DNA from: Chrysomallon squamiferum | Taxonomy: Eukaryota > Animalia > Mollusca | NCBI GenBank assembly: GCA_012295275.1 | Contig: CM022679.1 | Coordinates: 17,670,001-17,734,000, forward strand | Reading direction: 5' to 3' | Length of the DNA: 64,000 nt | Shown here: positions 13,987 to 34,813 of the stretch, piece by piece | Layout of the letters: the number at the start of each line of letters is the position of its first letter | Position numbering within the stretch: the first letter of the stretch is position 1 | Program-made: the position numbers and the translations under genes | The notes under the pieces: model-generated | Seen by the model: only the letters and a program-made list of their open reading frames with translations | Told to the model about the DNA's origin: nothing | The model's database searches: none

Positions 13987-14625
13987 GGGGGTAAGGTGGG
14001 TGTAATTCTGGCCCCCAGGGTATATTATGACTTACAGCAATTTTACTGTTCTATCCAGGCTTCTGAAACTTTGTTGATATAAATATAACCTTACTACCTC
14101 TCATTAGAACAAAGGATATAGGTAAACACCCATTTACACATGGAGATAGTGAAAACAACAAGGTTGTAAAAAACGTGCATTTTGAGGTTTCAAAAATGAG
14201 TGTTATTTGTTTAATTCTTTAGACATAAGATTAGTGATAACTTTTAACTGGTAAATATAAAATCAATTATTAAGTTCAGCAGAAGAAAATTGATTAATAT
14301 GTGGTAATTAGGCAAGGAGTGTGTGTTTTATTTTACTGCAGCACTTGGGGCAATTCTGGCCCTCATGGATGGGGTAAATCTGTCCCCTAGATGTGATGGT
14401 GAAATCAATAGTTTTGGCATTGATAGTCCATTCTGAGTTTTATTTAGGTTTTTTGAAACAATTGAAAGTCCACGGTCCATCTGGTGGGGCATGTCATCAA
14501 ACTTCAAATAAAATGAAGAGGATAAGGTATGCCAAGGCACTGACAGACAAAAGTGTCATGAGGTATGAAAAAGAAGAAGAGGAAGGACGAAGAAAAGGCA
14601 GTGAGAGAGAGAAAAGGTGAGAGAG

Positions 14626-14659
<34 letters not shown>

Positions 14660-15300
14660 ACAAAAAAAAAAAAAAAAAAAAAAACAGAAGAAGATACCAA
14701 AGGCAAAACGGCTGCTCAGTTTGAATGCTACAGCAGAACCGGTGGATGCACTCAAAGAAAACGTTGGTGGTTATGAGACTGAACTAGAAGACCGAGATGT
14801 AGTAGATACACAAGTAAAATGTGAACACTGGCAGAGTTGATCATAGGATGTGGCAGGTGCCCAAATTGGTGTTGTCTTGATCCTTGCCCAAACCTCGAAA
14901 TCCCAGCTGGTGCAGACTTGAAAGATATTGTATTCTTGTGTGATATTTGTCAAGGAGTTTAGTTTATTGAAGTTTTGAATCTGACTTGTATTAGGATTAG
15001 GACAAATTATTATTAGTAATAGACATTGATTACATAGCAATAATCAGTACAACAAATTTGAGGACCAAAATACATCATGAATATGGTGGCCAGGTTTATC
15101 TCAAATCATTGGGGCAAATCTGGCCATTGATAAAAAAATTTAAACCCGGTTCCCATTTCAAAAGCATAAGCACTACGCATATAGTATTTGTGCATACTGA
15201 AGCAGAAATGCATATTCTATACATTATTCACTCCATTTTGTTGTTTCCTTTTGTCTGTGAAGCTGTAGATGAGGTTGAATGGACAGGGGCCACCTTACCC
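13987..15300 (+). mobile_element. Internally deleted pogo/Tc1-mariner-superfamily DNA transposon retaining a Lys-rich segment and a PHD-like C-terminus
   Basis: TA|GGGGGTAAGGTGG ... CCACCTTACCC|TA (TIR plus TA TSD). Repeated GGGGYAAWTCTGKCCC-like subterminal motifs. Broken ORF AKALTDKSVMR plus K/E-rich tract, then IGCGRCPNWCCLDPC...FLCDICQGV* at 14843-14962. Confidence 0.7.
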
Positions 15301-15302
15301 TA

Positions 15303-15644
15303 CATCTCGCACGTTTTTCTATGATTTCATGCTTTAATTCAGTGGACATCATCCGCTTCTTTTTCTCAGCACTGTCCTTTGCACTTATTTTGTTAGGATC
15401 CATAGAAATTTGGCAAAATACTGCACAAAACGCCAGTACAACAAAACAGAGATGCTTCCACGCGAGGTAATGTGAAGCGAACTAGTGAGACGCGTGATAT
15501 AGGGCAAATGCTGTGTTGTTCGTTGCGCCAACTAACTCTTAACTCGGGTTTTGGCTCGCAGCTCAGAGCAAAAACTCGACCAGGCGACTGCTCGTAACTC
15601 GGAAAACTCGTAAGTTGGTACACTCCTAAGTCAAGGTACCACTG
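15303..15644 (-). mobile_element. Tigger-like transposon 5' fragment (TIR plus start of transposase HTH)
   Basis: TIR CAGTGGTACCTTGACTTA on the minus strand at 15644, next to TA. ATG at 15403 gives MDPNKISAKDSAEKKKRMMSTELKHEIIEK (CENP-B/Tigger N-terminus). Same family as 52857-53335. Confidence 0.75.
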
Positions 15645-16164
15645 TATCTTCCTTTCTCATAATATTTCGAAACCTCTGCTTTGATTGGCTAATTTAATAC
15701 ACGTTTCTGCCCTTTTTATGATAATCGCTTTATAAAAAGAGAAAACTTATATATAGCCAAACACAAGATAAGTTACTAATTTCCATTAATTTCCTGTAAG
15801 TAAATCTGTTAATCACGTTACACATAATTTGTCTATATTCGGGCAATGCGTTTTGTTACTAATGATTGACTTACACATCGACGTACTTCAGCTTGCTCAT
15901 ATTTTCGTTAATTTATTAATATACACAATTTGCCATTACTGCATCAACAACGAAGTCCTTACGTGTAAAAACGCGCGCGTGCGTGTCTGTAAATAAATAA
16001 ATAAATAAATAAATAAAGCAAGAAAGAATATGAGTCACCAAAAATGGAACACTTCAGTTTTTCTCAATATAAGACTTGATATTGTCTTTTTACAAATGAA
16101 ATCCTACAATTTCTCAGTTGTATGACAAGTAATGGGTCTTCTCTACCTGCTGAAACAACTTCAG

Positions 16165-16216
<52 letters not shown>

Positions 16217-19200
16217 TTTCTTGTGTTGCAATTTTAAGAGTAAAAAAGTGGATATTTTTGCCATTATAATGTAAAGTAATTATACTAGGACATTTCTTCA
16301 TCATTTATTATCAGAAATAGGTGGTGAGGTTTCTCCTAATTTTTTTCTTCTGTAAAGTATTAATGTTAAGGTTTATTTCAGTGAAATCATTATCATCTAC
16401 CCATCTGAAGATATATCTTTTGCATTTTTATGTTATACATACCATCCTATGCTGAAGCCTAAAAGTGAAATTAAAAAAAGATATCATGTCAAAAAGAATT
16501 AATGTGTTATAAACCATCAGTTTTTTTGGGGGGGTATACCCTAATTTAGTCAAAAAGTAAGAGTTGCAAAAATATGAAAGAAGATATCTCAGACATCTTC
16601 AATCAAAAGCTAAAACCAAACATGAAGTGACTAATCTGTGCCTTCATGTTAATTTGTAGCAGGGGGAAATAATGACTCCATCTTTTGAAGCTGTTTGCAG
16701 GCTTATGTATCCAACGTTATGGTGAAATAAGATGTATCACTATATCTGAAAGACTTTGTTTGTACTGAGAGCCAAGTGATCTCAGTTTAAGTACAGACTA
16801 TGTCACATTCAGTATAAAGTATGTAATGAAATAAGATGCTATCTTAATTACTTTGTTTTTTATTGAGAGCCTATGCATCTCAGTTATCATAGTTAACCTT
16901 GGATAACAACTACAGAGGTCTGACAAAAATAATACAACATCCTCGCATACTTATTGAATGAACACTTAGTGAGTGACAACAATGTCCAATCAGTGTGTCT
17001 TAGTTGGTAAAGTTGTATGACAATTGCAGCACTAATTGCCATGTAAAACAAAATGAAACCTTTGTGCTATGTACAGATAGATGTCAGCACACGATTCTCT
17101 AACTGACCATGTGAAACAAAAGGAAACCCCCAAATAATATTCAGATCTTTTTGTTCACTTCTTTGCATTGCAGAGTCCTATTTTTCCTTTAAAGCCAAAC
17201 CTCAGCTTCAGCTGCTCAAAAGATCTCACGTAATTGTATGAAATAAATCCCAGAATCTGATAAATCAACAGTAATGGGCCTTTGCAATATAGCAGTAGCC
17301 CATGATGAAAATCTAGGCCTGCTATCAGGGGTTCTTCTAGAGGTCTATAGATACAAAATGCACATGACAGTCATTTGGGTTGAATTATCTTGAACATAAT
17401 GAATCACATTTAATTAGTCATTTTTATTTCCTTTCTTTTCTTAAGGCAATATAGATAACCCTCCAGATCCAGTGGAAGTTTAAAGGCAAAAAACAAGAGA
17501 GTGAAAAAGAATGTCCTGAGTAACTAGACAAATGTAAGAGAAAGGATGCAGAAGTGATACAGACAGAACAAGGTAAAGAGAATCAAGTAATAACCTTAAG
17601 GAAAAAGTGGAAGAAGTGAAAGGAGGCAGAGATTGAAAAGGAAAGCAGGACAATAGAGCTTATGAAAGCCAAGAAGTCCTGATTCCTGCAGAAAAAAAGA
17701 ACTAAAGAGGGCATGCAGTGGGCAAAAATTACACCACAAAAAAACGAAGAAAAAAAACACTGCATGAAGGAAAAGAAAAAAGAACATTGGAAGGTACAGT
17801 TTCAAATGCCCTGAGAAGATCCAATTGATACTGCAAATGAACTTACTCAGAGTCAGAATAGACCTACAACTAGCACTAGACAAAACTGATATTACCATAG
17901 GCAAATACTATTAGCAAGGATCCTAACAGCAAGGGATCAAAGAGCTGTGGTAGAGCAGTCAGAACTTCTTTCTTAATTTCCTGCTTTGAAAATAATGTAC
18001 TATCAAAGTGGGATACTGGTCAGACCTGGATGCAATGGGAAAATGTAAACCTTTACTGGAAGAACACCAAAAGTGAAGAGTGTAAAAAATAAAAAAACAA
18101 CAGCTAATGAAAAAAGAGGGCACTGTGTGAACTTTTAGCAGAAATGAAGGATGATCGTGAAGATTTTGCCAGACAAATAGCTTTTGTTGTTAGATTGTAA
18201 CAGCTGACAATTGACTTGTTGGATGTGTTTCGTTTATTTGTTATCAATGTTTATCTTTTAGAAAGACTTGTATTATCTAAAGACATTTTATTTTTCATGG
18301 CAAAATAGAAATATTATGGAAAAATAACAAAATATACTATAATTTCAATACATTGTCACTTATGTCATGTCCATCATACTGAAGTGATGTTGCCTTTAAT
18401 GGTAACTCTACTATATTCTGTGGACTGAAATGGGTGAAATCAAAACATTTAGCATACAACACAATTTAGTGGTATGTTGTACCAATTATTTGAAGACTTC
18501 ACACATATTTTTCAGATACATTGCAGCTCCAATTAACATGTATAAAAGTGAATGTTTACAAAAGAATTGATACATATAAAGGTATAGATGATGTTTCAGT
18601 GTAAAAGTAATAACAAACAAAGGTTAGATACTTTATTCAGAAATATATAAACAAAGATACACAAACTTGTTCTTTACATCTCAACAATTTTGTTGTCCTA
18701 GTTTAATTTGTTCTCCTTATTTATCTTTTTATTTATTTATTTCTCTTCTTTAAAACTGATGCATCAGAAATTTCAGTTTCTATTTTCTTAACAGTCCTTA
18801 TTTTAAAAAGATAACTATATCCAAATTATACAGATAAATGTATACACATACACACGTACACATAAATAAACTGTATATTTTAAAAATGAAAATAAATGTA
18901 GAAATAATATTAACTTTCACAGCTGAAATTGATGGATTCAACCCACAATTGAATTTAAAGTCTAAATTGTTTATTATGTATGAAACAAACTCTTTAATAT
19001 CATTAAAATTTACTACTTTAAAATCAATTAATTTCTGTATGGTCCAAATCTCCAGTTTGGTCTTCTTCAAATGGTTAGTTTATACATATTTATAAAGTAC
19101 ACTTCAATCATGGCATCCCTTACACAGAACTACTTATGAAATTCATAACATTTAATACTGCAAAAGTTAAAAGAAGGTAAAATTAAGGTGTAGTAGCTTT

Positions 19201-21595
19201 TCTTTCTTATATATTTATTTTGAGGGTTGGATGGGTATGTTGAAGAGGTAGTTGGTTTGTAAAAAGTGCTTTGGAAGAACTATATATTTTCTGTAACAAA
19301 TGTAAACATTAATATTTTCAATTTCTTAAAATCATAAACAATATCAATTAATTACTAAATATTTTTATCTAAATAGGTTCTACATTACATAATAATAATA
19401 ATAATAATAATCAGAAATTATTGATTCTTTGGGGAAAAATGAAACCAAATAAAATATGTTTAAAAACAGTAATCATTTAGACAATAGTTAAAATAATTTA
19501 TGAAATATTACCAAATTCCTATTTCACTTTACCTGTGGACAGAAGACAGAATAGCAAGGTTATAGACTGCTACATTCGATCAGCTGTATTTATTATTTTT
19601 TTTTTTTAATTTTTAACTGATTTATTATTTGCATCAGTTTTTCATTTACATTTTCTTTCGTGTCTTCAAAATCCACAAAAGACTGAGGCTACTTCAGCCG
19701 TCAATGAGTTGATGCTTAAGTTATTGCATTTTCTTTCTTTTTTTAAAAAGAAATGTACCAATTGACGTCACGGGAAATACCCGTAGTAGGCTTCGTGTGT
19801 TTTCTTAGTTTTGTTATTTTACTGCCATACTTTATTATTAGCAAAGGTAATGTCGAGTTTGTTTAGTTAAACTCTTTATCAAATAAAACTTAAAGAAAAT
19901 TTGAAAATGGTAAAAACGAGTAAATTATTCTAACAGCAGTGAAATATAATCTTATCAAATAAAAACATTTAATTTTCTTTGTATACAGTGTTATTTGTAA
20001 TAACCTTGGAAATATTAAAGCATTTTCTTATCATGTCGTATCTGTGCAAACTGTCAAAACAACAATCTCATACATTTATGGAACGAATCATTGTAAGACT
20101 GATTCAATAGACATAAAACATTCGTAGAATCTTTTTCTTATCAGATCATATTCAGTTCATAGAATATACATAAATCAGGTGTCTGGCTTTGTCAGTTACA
20201 GAACAAGAAACAATTACCTTAGTTACTCACAGCAAACTCTTTTTTATTTGTTTTATTTTCACTTTGTATCTTAATTCTATTATCTATTAAAAAACAGAGT
20301 TCACAAAACATAAATGAAAGACCAGTACCAACCTGGCTAGAATATAACGATGTATACCTGAAACCAAAAATACAAAACAACAACAACGACAAAAAAATAT
20401 TATAAAAATGTTAAAGTATATATAATAAAGTATAATTATATAATAAAATTATGAAAACATTTGTTTCTAAATTAAAATAAATAATAAATAATGTTAATTT
20501 CGTATATATTAAATGAAGTTTGAACACAAAAATATGAAAACTAATGTATGGAATTCATTTCAGAACAAAGAAACAGGTACATCACTGAATTTAATTTAAA
20601 CTCGTTTGACAAGTGGATAATAAAAATTATGGTCAATGATTTTAATTGACGAACATTTCAATACAGTGGTATCGATAGGGAAACAAAGAAATAATGTACA
20701 AAGATGATGTTTACGATGACAACAAAAATGCTAATTGTAACAGTAGTAGTAGTAATAGTAATACCATACATTTCTGACTTTAACAAGAAATATAAAAAGG
20801 AAGCAAATGAAGTTTAAGGTTATATAACTAGACTGCTTACTGCTATTTTCGTTTAGACAATATGCTTTTGTGATAAATAATTAAAAATATAAAGTGAAAA
20901 ACTGTATTTGATAAATAAATATTTCTGTAACAGTGGTGTAAATGTTCATTTATTTTATTTGTATAATGTCCTTTCACTTTCAACGACTCCTGGTAACAAA
21001 TCTACATCAACATATGTTGAATAAACATTTTCTCTGTATTTATAACATTTTAAAATAGCTGGTACATTTTTGACGAAAAAAATAATATTTGTACCATAGT
21101 AAAGGTTTCAGAAAGGTTAGTGGCTAAAATAGCCTCGATAGTTTCATATCTTCTCTCTATAATTTCAAATGTCAGCGTGTGTGTGTGTGGATGTGTTAAT
21201 TTATTCGATATTAAAGTAGTTGTAAAAGAAAAGCCTGTATTGTAGTTTGTATATTTATTAAAGCTGTTATGTTATTCTCCACATGAGCTGCTTAGGACAG
21301 GACCGTATCAGATCTGTCAGTGTTGAGATGTTTTGCAGAAAAGGCCAAGTGACCAAACGAAAAAAGTGTAAAGAAATGTCAAATGACCAATGTCGCATGC
21401 TGGAATAGAACATTTCTAGAAACAGCGCGAAAACGTAAAAAAAATTAAAAAGTGCACGATAATCTTTTACAAAATTAATTAAAACATAGATATATCGGGA
21501 AAAATCTTTAAACAAATGATGGAATTTTGAACTGTGTAAATATCGCCAAAATTGTGCTGGAATTTGGTAAAAATGTGTAAAAACTAAGACATCTT

Positions 21596-29631
<8,036 letters not shown>

Positions 29632-32286
29632 GGTTGAAAATGTCTAACAAAACGATGTTATTTTTCAAAAGATGATTCCTTTGTTAGAATTCTGTTCTCA
29701 CTAATCCATGTGATAAGCCTTGCATTGAAAGAACACATAGCTTGAGTAATCCTACCACCGCTACGGCCTGCCTATGAAAAAGTCTAATAGGATGACGATG
29801 GTCGATATCTAGTAGTGTCCTTAGCACAGTTGGGGAAAAAAAAAAAAAAAAAAAAAAATGTAATATCTTTCTCGCATGAACTAGACAGTTTTGCGTCGCA
29901 TCAATAGTCTAAATTTATCGAAACAATCAACGTCTGCTTTACGTTTTACCATATAATTAGACCATCATTATGAAAAGAATATGTTTCCGTCGGTACTCCT
30001 CAGCAGAGAATGTGTAAAAACAGTGAATCACACGTACACACACTTCTCGATTGCTGCCAAAGCTGGCAGCCGACAAAGCGATAAAGCTCATAGGCGGGAA
30101 ATAATCGATTGAGGCATTCTCTCTTATACATGTGCATGCACATGATAACGATTATTCTACGACTTTGATTCTACCGTACCAAACCTCATACTTACTTTTC
30201 TAAAAATACATATTTCTTCCAAAAAGTCCTACCGTGTCGACGATTTTAGTTATCATATTATATTCCATTGTGTTTAATTATTTTGTCGTTTGGGATTTTT
30301 GTTGATGTTGTTTTTATCGCTGTTTTCTTTACCGCTTTCTTTATCAATTTATCGTCATCAGATGGACTTAACAAGAGTTTACCCATTTCTTCACGTTAAA
30401 TGTCTCGTGAAATAGCTATAGATTCGTTTTGTTGCAGTGTTCATTGTGTAAGCAGGTGACAAGACATGAAATAGTTATCTGTCATCATTTGAAAAATTGC
30501 CATTTAATATCAACTGTTAGAAAGTGATCGGAGGAAACCAATAACAATAATAAAAATGGTAATTGTTGCAATTACAATAGCAATAACAGTAACAACAACT
30601 AATAATATTACATTGCCATGGAAGTGACTTTCTCACAGCGATGATTTACTGTAGACATAAATGCAAAAATGATTACTTTAAATATAATTAAATGTCATAA
30701 CACATACACACACGTAAATCACATCTATACATGTAAATAACAGTAGCTACTGACATATTGACAAAAGTATGGTAATTGTGTTTACAGTCATCTAAAAAGA
30801 CGCGTGTGTCTCAGTATACATGTATTCTAATTATTTACTGGTTAAATAAATGTGTACAGCGTTATGTGATCGGAGATTGAATAAAGTTATTTGTTTATTT
30901 GTATAATTCATTTATTTATTCTTACTGGCTTATTCAATTACCTGCCACCAGTGTATTACTGACTGATAAATATACACGTATTTAATGAAAACAGGTTTGT
31001 CCTCTAACTTCAAGTACATTGGTTATAACAACATGTGACTATTAACATTTTCATTTAATTTTTAATATGAGATCATCTAAAACGTTACATGCTGATTACC
31101 AAAATGTAACATCATCACCACCATTATCATCATAATAATCATCATCATCTGTATTATTATTATTATTATATTTAAAAACATACAATAATGTTAGACATTC
31201 CCACATCTGTAATTTCAATAATGAAAACGGTATTGATTTTTTTCTTCTTTCTGGATAGTTTTATTGTTAGTCTGCTTAGTCGATTACTATGACCGGCAGG
31301 TTAATGTTTTCTGCTCACTATACAGTTATTTCTGGTGACTTAACGGGAACATTTCAAAGGATAGACAGTGTGTATTTGTCATTTTTCTTTGTAATGCTGT
31401 TTTATTTAGCACCAATGATAGACTTCATTATAATTATAAAACTGTGCTTTAAAGAGTACTAATGGATTTTAAAATTGATAAGAACAGAGCCAGATGGAGA
31501 TAAAAAAAGACTGAAAATTGATGGTAAATTAATCGATTTTAAGGTTGTTAGATACTTTGATCTAATCCCCACTCCAAAAGATACAATTGGTGAGCTGATT
31601 TTAGTATATATATATGTTTGTATGATGTTATGTATGTGTATGGATGTAAATATGTATACATGTGTGTATTGGTGTGTGTATTAATAGTATCTAACAGGAC
31701 TATTTAGGTTAAAGACTATGTATTTTATATCAGTACTTTTATTTTTAGTTTAAATCAGCATATTATTGTTTGATTAATATAATAATAAGAACAAAAACAA
31801 AAACAATCTAATACTCTAACATTGTCTTTAGGCAGAAAAATCTATTCTCTGAATTGTAAACTAATGATGAAAGTGTTTCAGTCTGCTATGAATGTAAGTA
31901 TGATGATTGATATATTGATTTATTGGGTATCGGAATAAATAAGTGAATGTTTAATGATGCAGAACGAAAACATTGGCCAGTAGGTGTTAAGAAAATGATA
32001 AATGATGAATTAAATATCAGTGATGTAAAGGTTGTAAAACATTACATGGTTCTGAATCAAATATAAACATAATGGTTTTTTCAAGTTGCATTTTAAACTA
32101 ATTATCGTTGCTCATAACAAATTTATAACAGTAAAATAATATTATTATAAAAAAATTAAAACCACTACGTTTCCCCTTCATGCATGAATTCATGACATAA
32201 TCAAGTTTCCATACCAAACTGATGGCAGTACTTTTTCTGAAAATGCTAGAAGAAACTCCAGAAACAGAAACAAACAAACCAAACAT

Positions 32287-32319
<33 letters not shown>

Positions 32320-34399
32320 AAAGAATACATATATAAATTAGGAATATGCAGAATATACTTAAACCATCTTTTGAACAAAAAAAGGTAGTTTTTATAATGA
32401 TTTGTCAAGCAATCATTTGAAAAGATGGAATGGGACATTTTAGTCATTCCTAAATTTTCATCAAGTAAAATGAAGTATAAAAATTGATATATTAAACATC
32501 ATACAATGCTATAACACAACAGAAACAAAATCTCATATGAAGGATTACTGAGAAGAAAACAAAAGTAGTACATTTATACAAATCATTATATTAATTCACT
32601 AGTCACGGCAGCCTAGCAGTTTAGCTATTAGACAATTTGATGATAAACTAAGCACAGAACCTCTCTAGTATATGTTAAAATAATTATTTTGATGAGATGT
32701 AATTTGACTTTAAGTATGCTTATAAACATATATACATACATAATTTCTTTATAATTTACGTATCTTGAAATGACTCTTCTGGTAGAATCTTATGTTTCAC
32801 TAATCATTTACAAAATGTACTATTTGAAGTGATATAGTCCAAGAAGATATAGGGGTAAAAATGCTTTCTGCTCACTGATCACACGAAATGCAGATGTGTT
32901 TTTATTCAGGTCTAGCTTCAGGCTAATAATAACAAAAATGAATTACAAAAAACCTCACCACAAAGTCTTCAGATTTAATTAACAGAACATAACACATGTC
33001 TGCAAATGTCAGCTCTTCCTTTTATGCTTGTGCAAGTATTGATTGTTAAACTTTATGAATTTGGGTTCATTGAAAATTGCCAATAGGTAATCGTCAGTGT
33101 TCAACAATGTCAGTTTTCTAATCTAACTGTGAATTATATCTAACAAAACAAAAATAATATCAGTTTTCTTACGCTGATAATAATATGTAGCTTGAGAGCT
33201 CTGAGCTTTATGATATAAATGCCAGCAGACAACATTATGTCTGAAACAGTTTTGAAACAGCGAGAAGCCTTCAAATAAAATGCCATAATAGTACATAGTT
33301 CTCTTTAACACAAATATATTTTAAGCAAACTGACAGAAAAATAGCAATAAATAACATCAGCATAAAAAACCCAAAATAAAATAAAAGATTAGTTAAACAA
33401 AGCTTAAATGATTATATAAATATTTTTTTGATATACACCTATCTACTCATATCCTGATCTGGAAGAGTTATATTTGAAGCTATTTGATCAGGATGTTATC
33501 TTTCTATCAGGGACAAAACATATTTTTAAATATTCAAGTTTTCTTTATTATGTATATCTTTCTTACTTTCTTTCCTTCTGTTTGAAGATACATAATAATA
33601 AATGAAATGTTCGAATATTATTTCCCGTTGGGTAGTTTTCTTAACTGAATACAGCAGAAAAGTTAATGAATATGCAATAAGGGATCTTTTACCTATTCAT
33701 TCTAACAGACAGCAAAATATTTATTACAAGATAAACTAACCGGAATAGTCCTCTTCACTGTTAACGTAATCGACATCATCATTACTAAACAGAAATATTG
33801 CTGCAGTACTGTCACCATTTAATAATATTCTACTTCTTTGAGTTTTCATAGGCTTGATTCATAACAAAAATATTCCTTTATGCTTAAGCTACTATCAGCG
33901 TGATTCCACAAAAAGCCAAAGCAATGAAATGAACATTATTTAGCACATTTAAAAATTTAGGCACAGCCAACAGAACTATTTATTTTTACTAATATGATTT
34001 CTTGGCTTTTTTTCTTCTAAACAACAAAATAATAAAAATAAAGAACCAAATTACAAAGTAAACAATAAAATGAAAGCAAAAAATTCAAGTTGCTTTTTTG
34101 TAAAGAGCAAATACATATAAATGAATGAGATATGACAAATCCATTTTTAACAATATTTTATTTAAAAAATAAAACATTTCTGTACAGTGAAGTATCTTCT
34201 CATCTTCATCATATTCATTTTTTTTCTTCATATTGTTCTCCTCTGATACCATCAACAAATCTTTAATAATGATGTTTTGTAATTTCAACTCAAAACAAAA
34301 GAAATTTGTCTAGTTAACAGTAACTTGATCACAAGTGGCTAAATGTTTTAAAACCCTTCTCAATGTTCTTGAAAAATGTAAATGAGATCATGTTAGAAC

Positions 34400-34435
<36 letters not shown>

Positions 34436-34813
34436 TATATAAATATATATATTTATATGTAATTCTGAAATGGCAAATCAGAACTTTGATGTTGGTAACT
34501 CTATTACTTGATACTTTAAAAATTGTAAAGAGAAGAGAAAATTACAATAATTATAATTGAATCTACTACTTTATTGTAATACTCTTTAATATTATTATAT
34601 TTACCTGATCATTTAAAATAATATTTTGACTGACAGAGGACACTGCAGATAGCCATTTCAAGATGTGTCTACAAAGTTATACTAATCCAACTCGGTCAAA
34701 TAACCTATAAGAATACAACCTTGGGTACAATATTGCTGTTCCACAGCATTAACATTAAAAAAAAGAGATTGAGAACAGTCTATATAAAATTCACTACAGT
34801 CTCTTTCTGTGTA

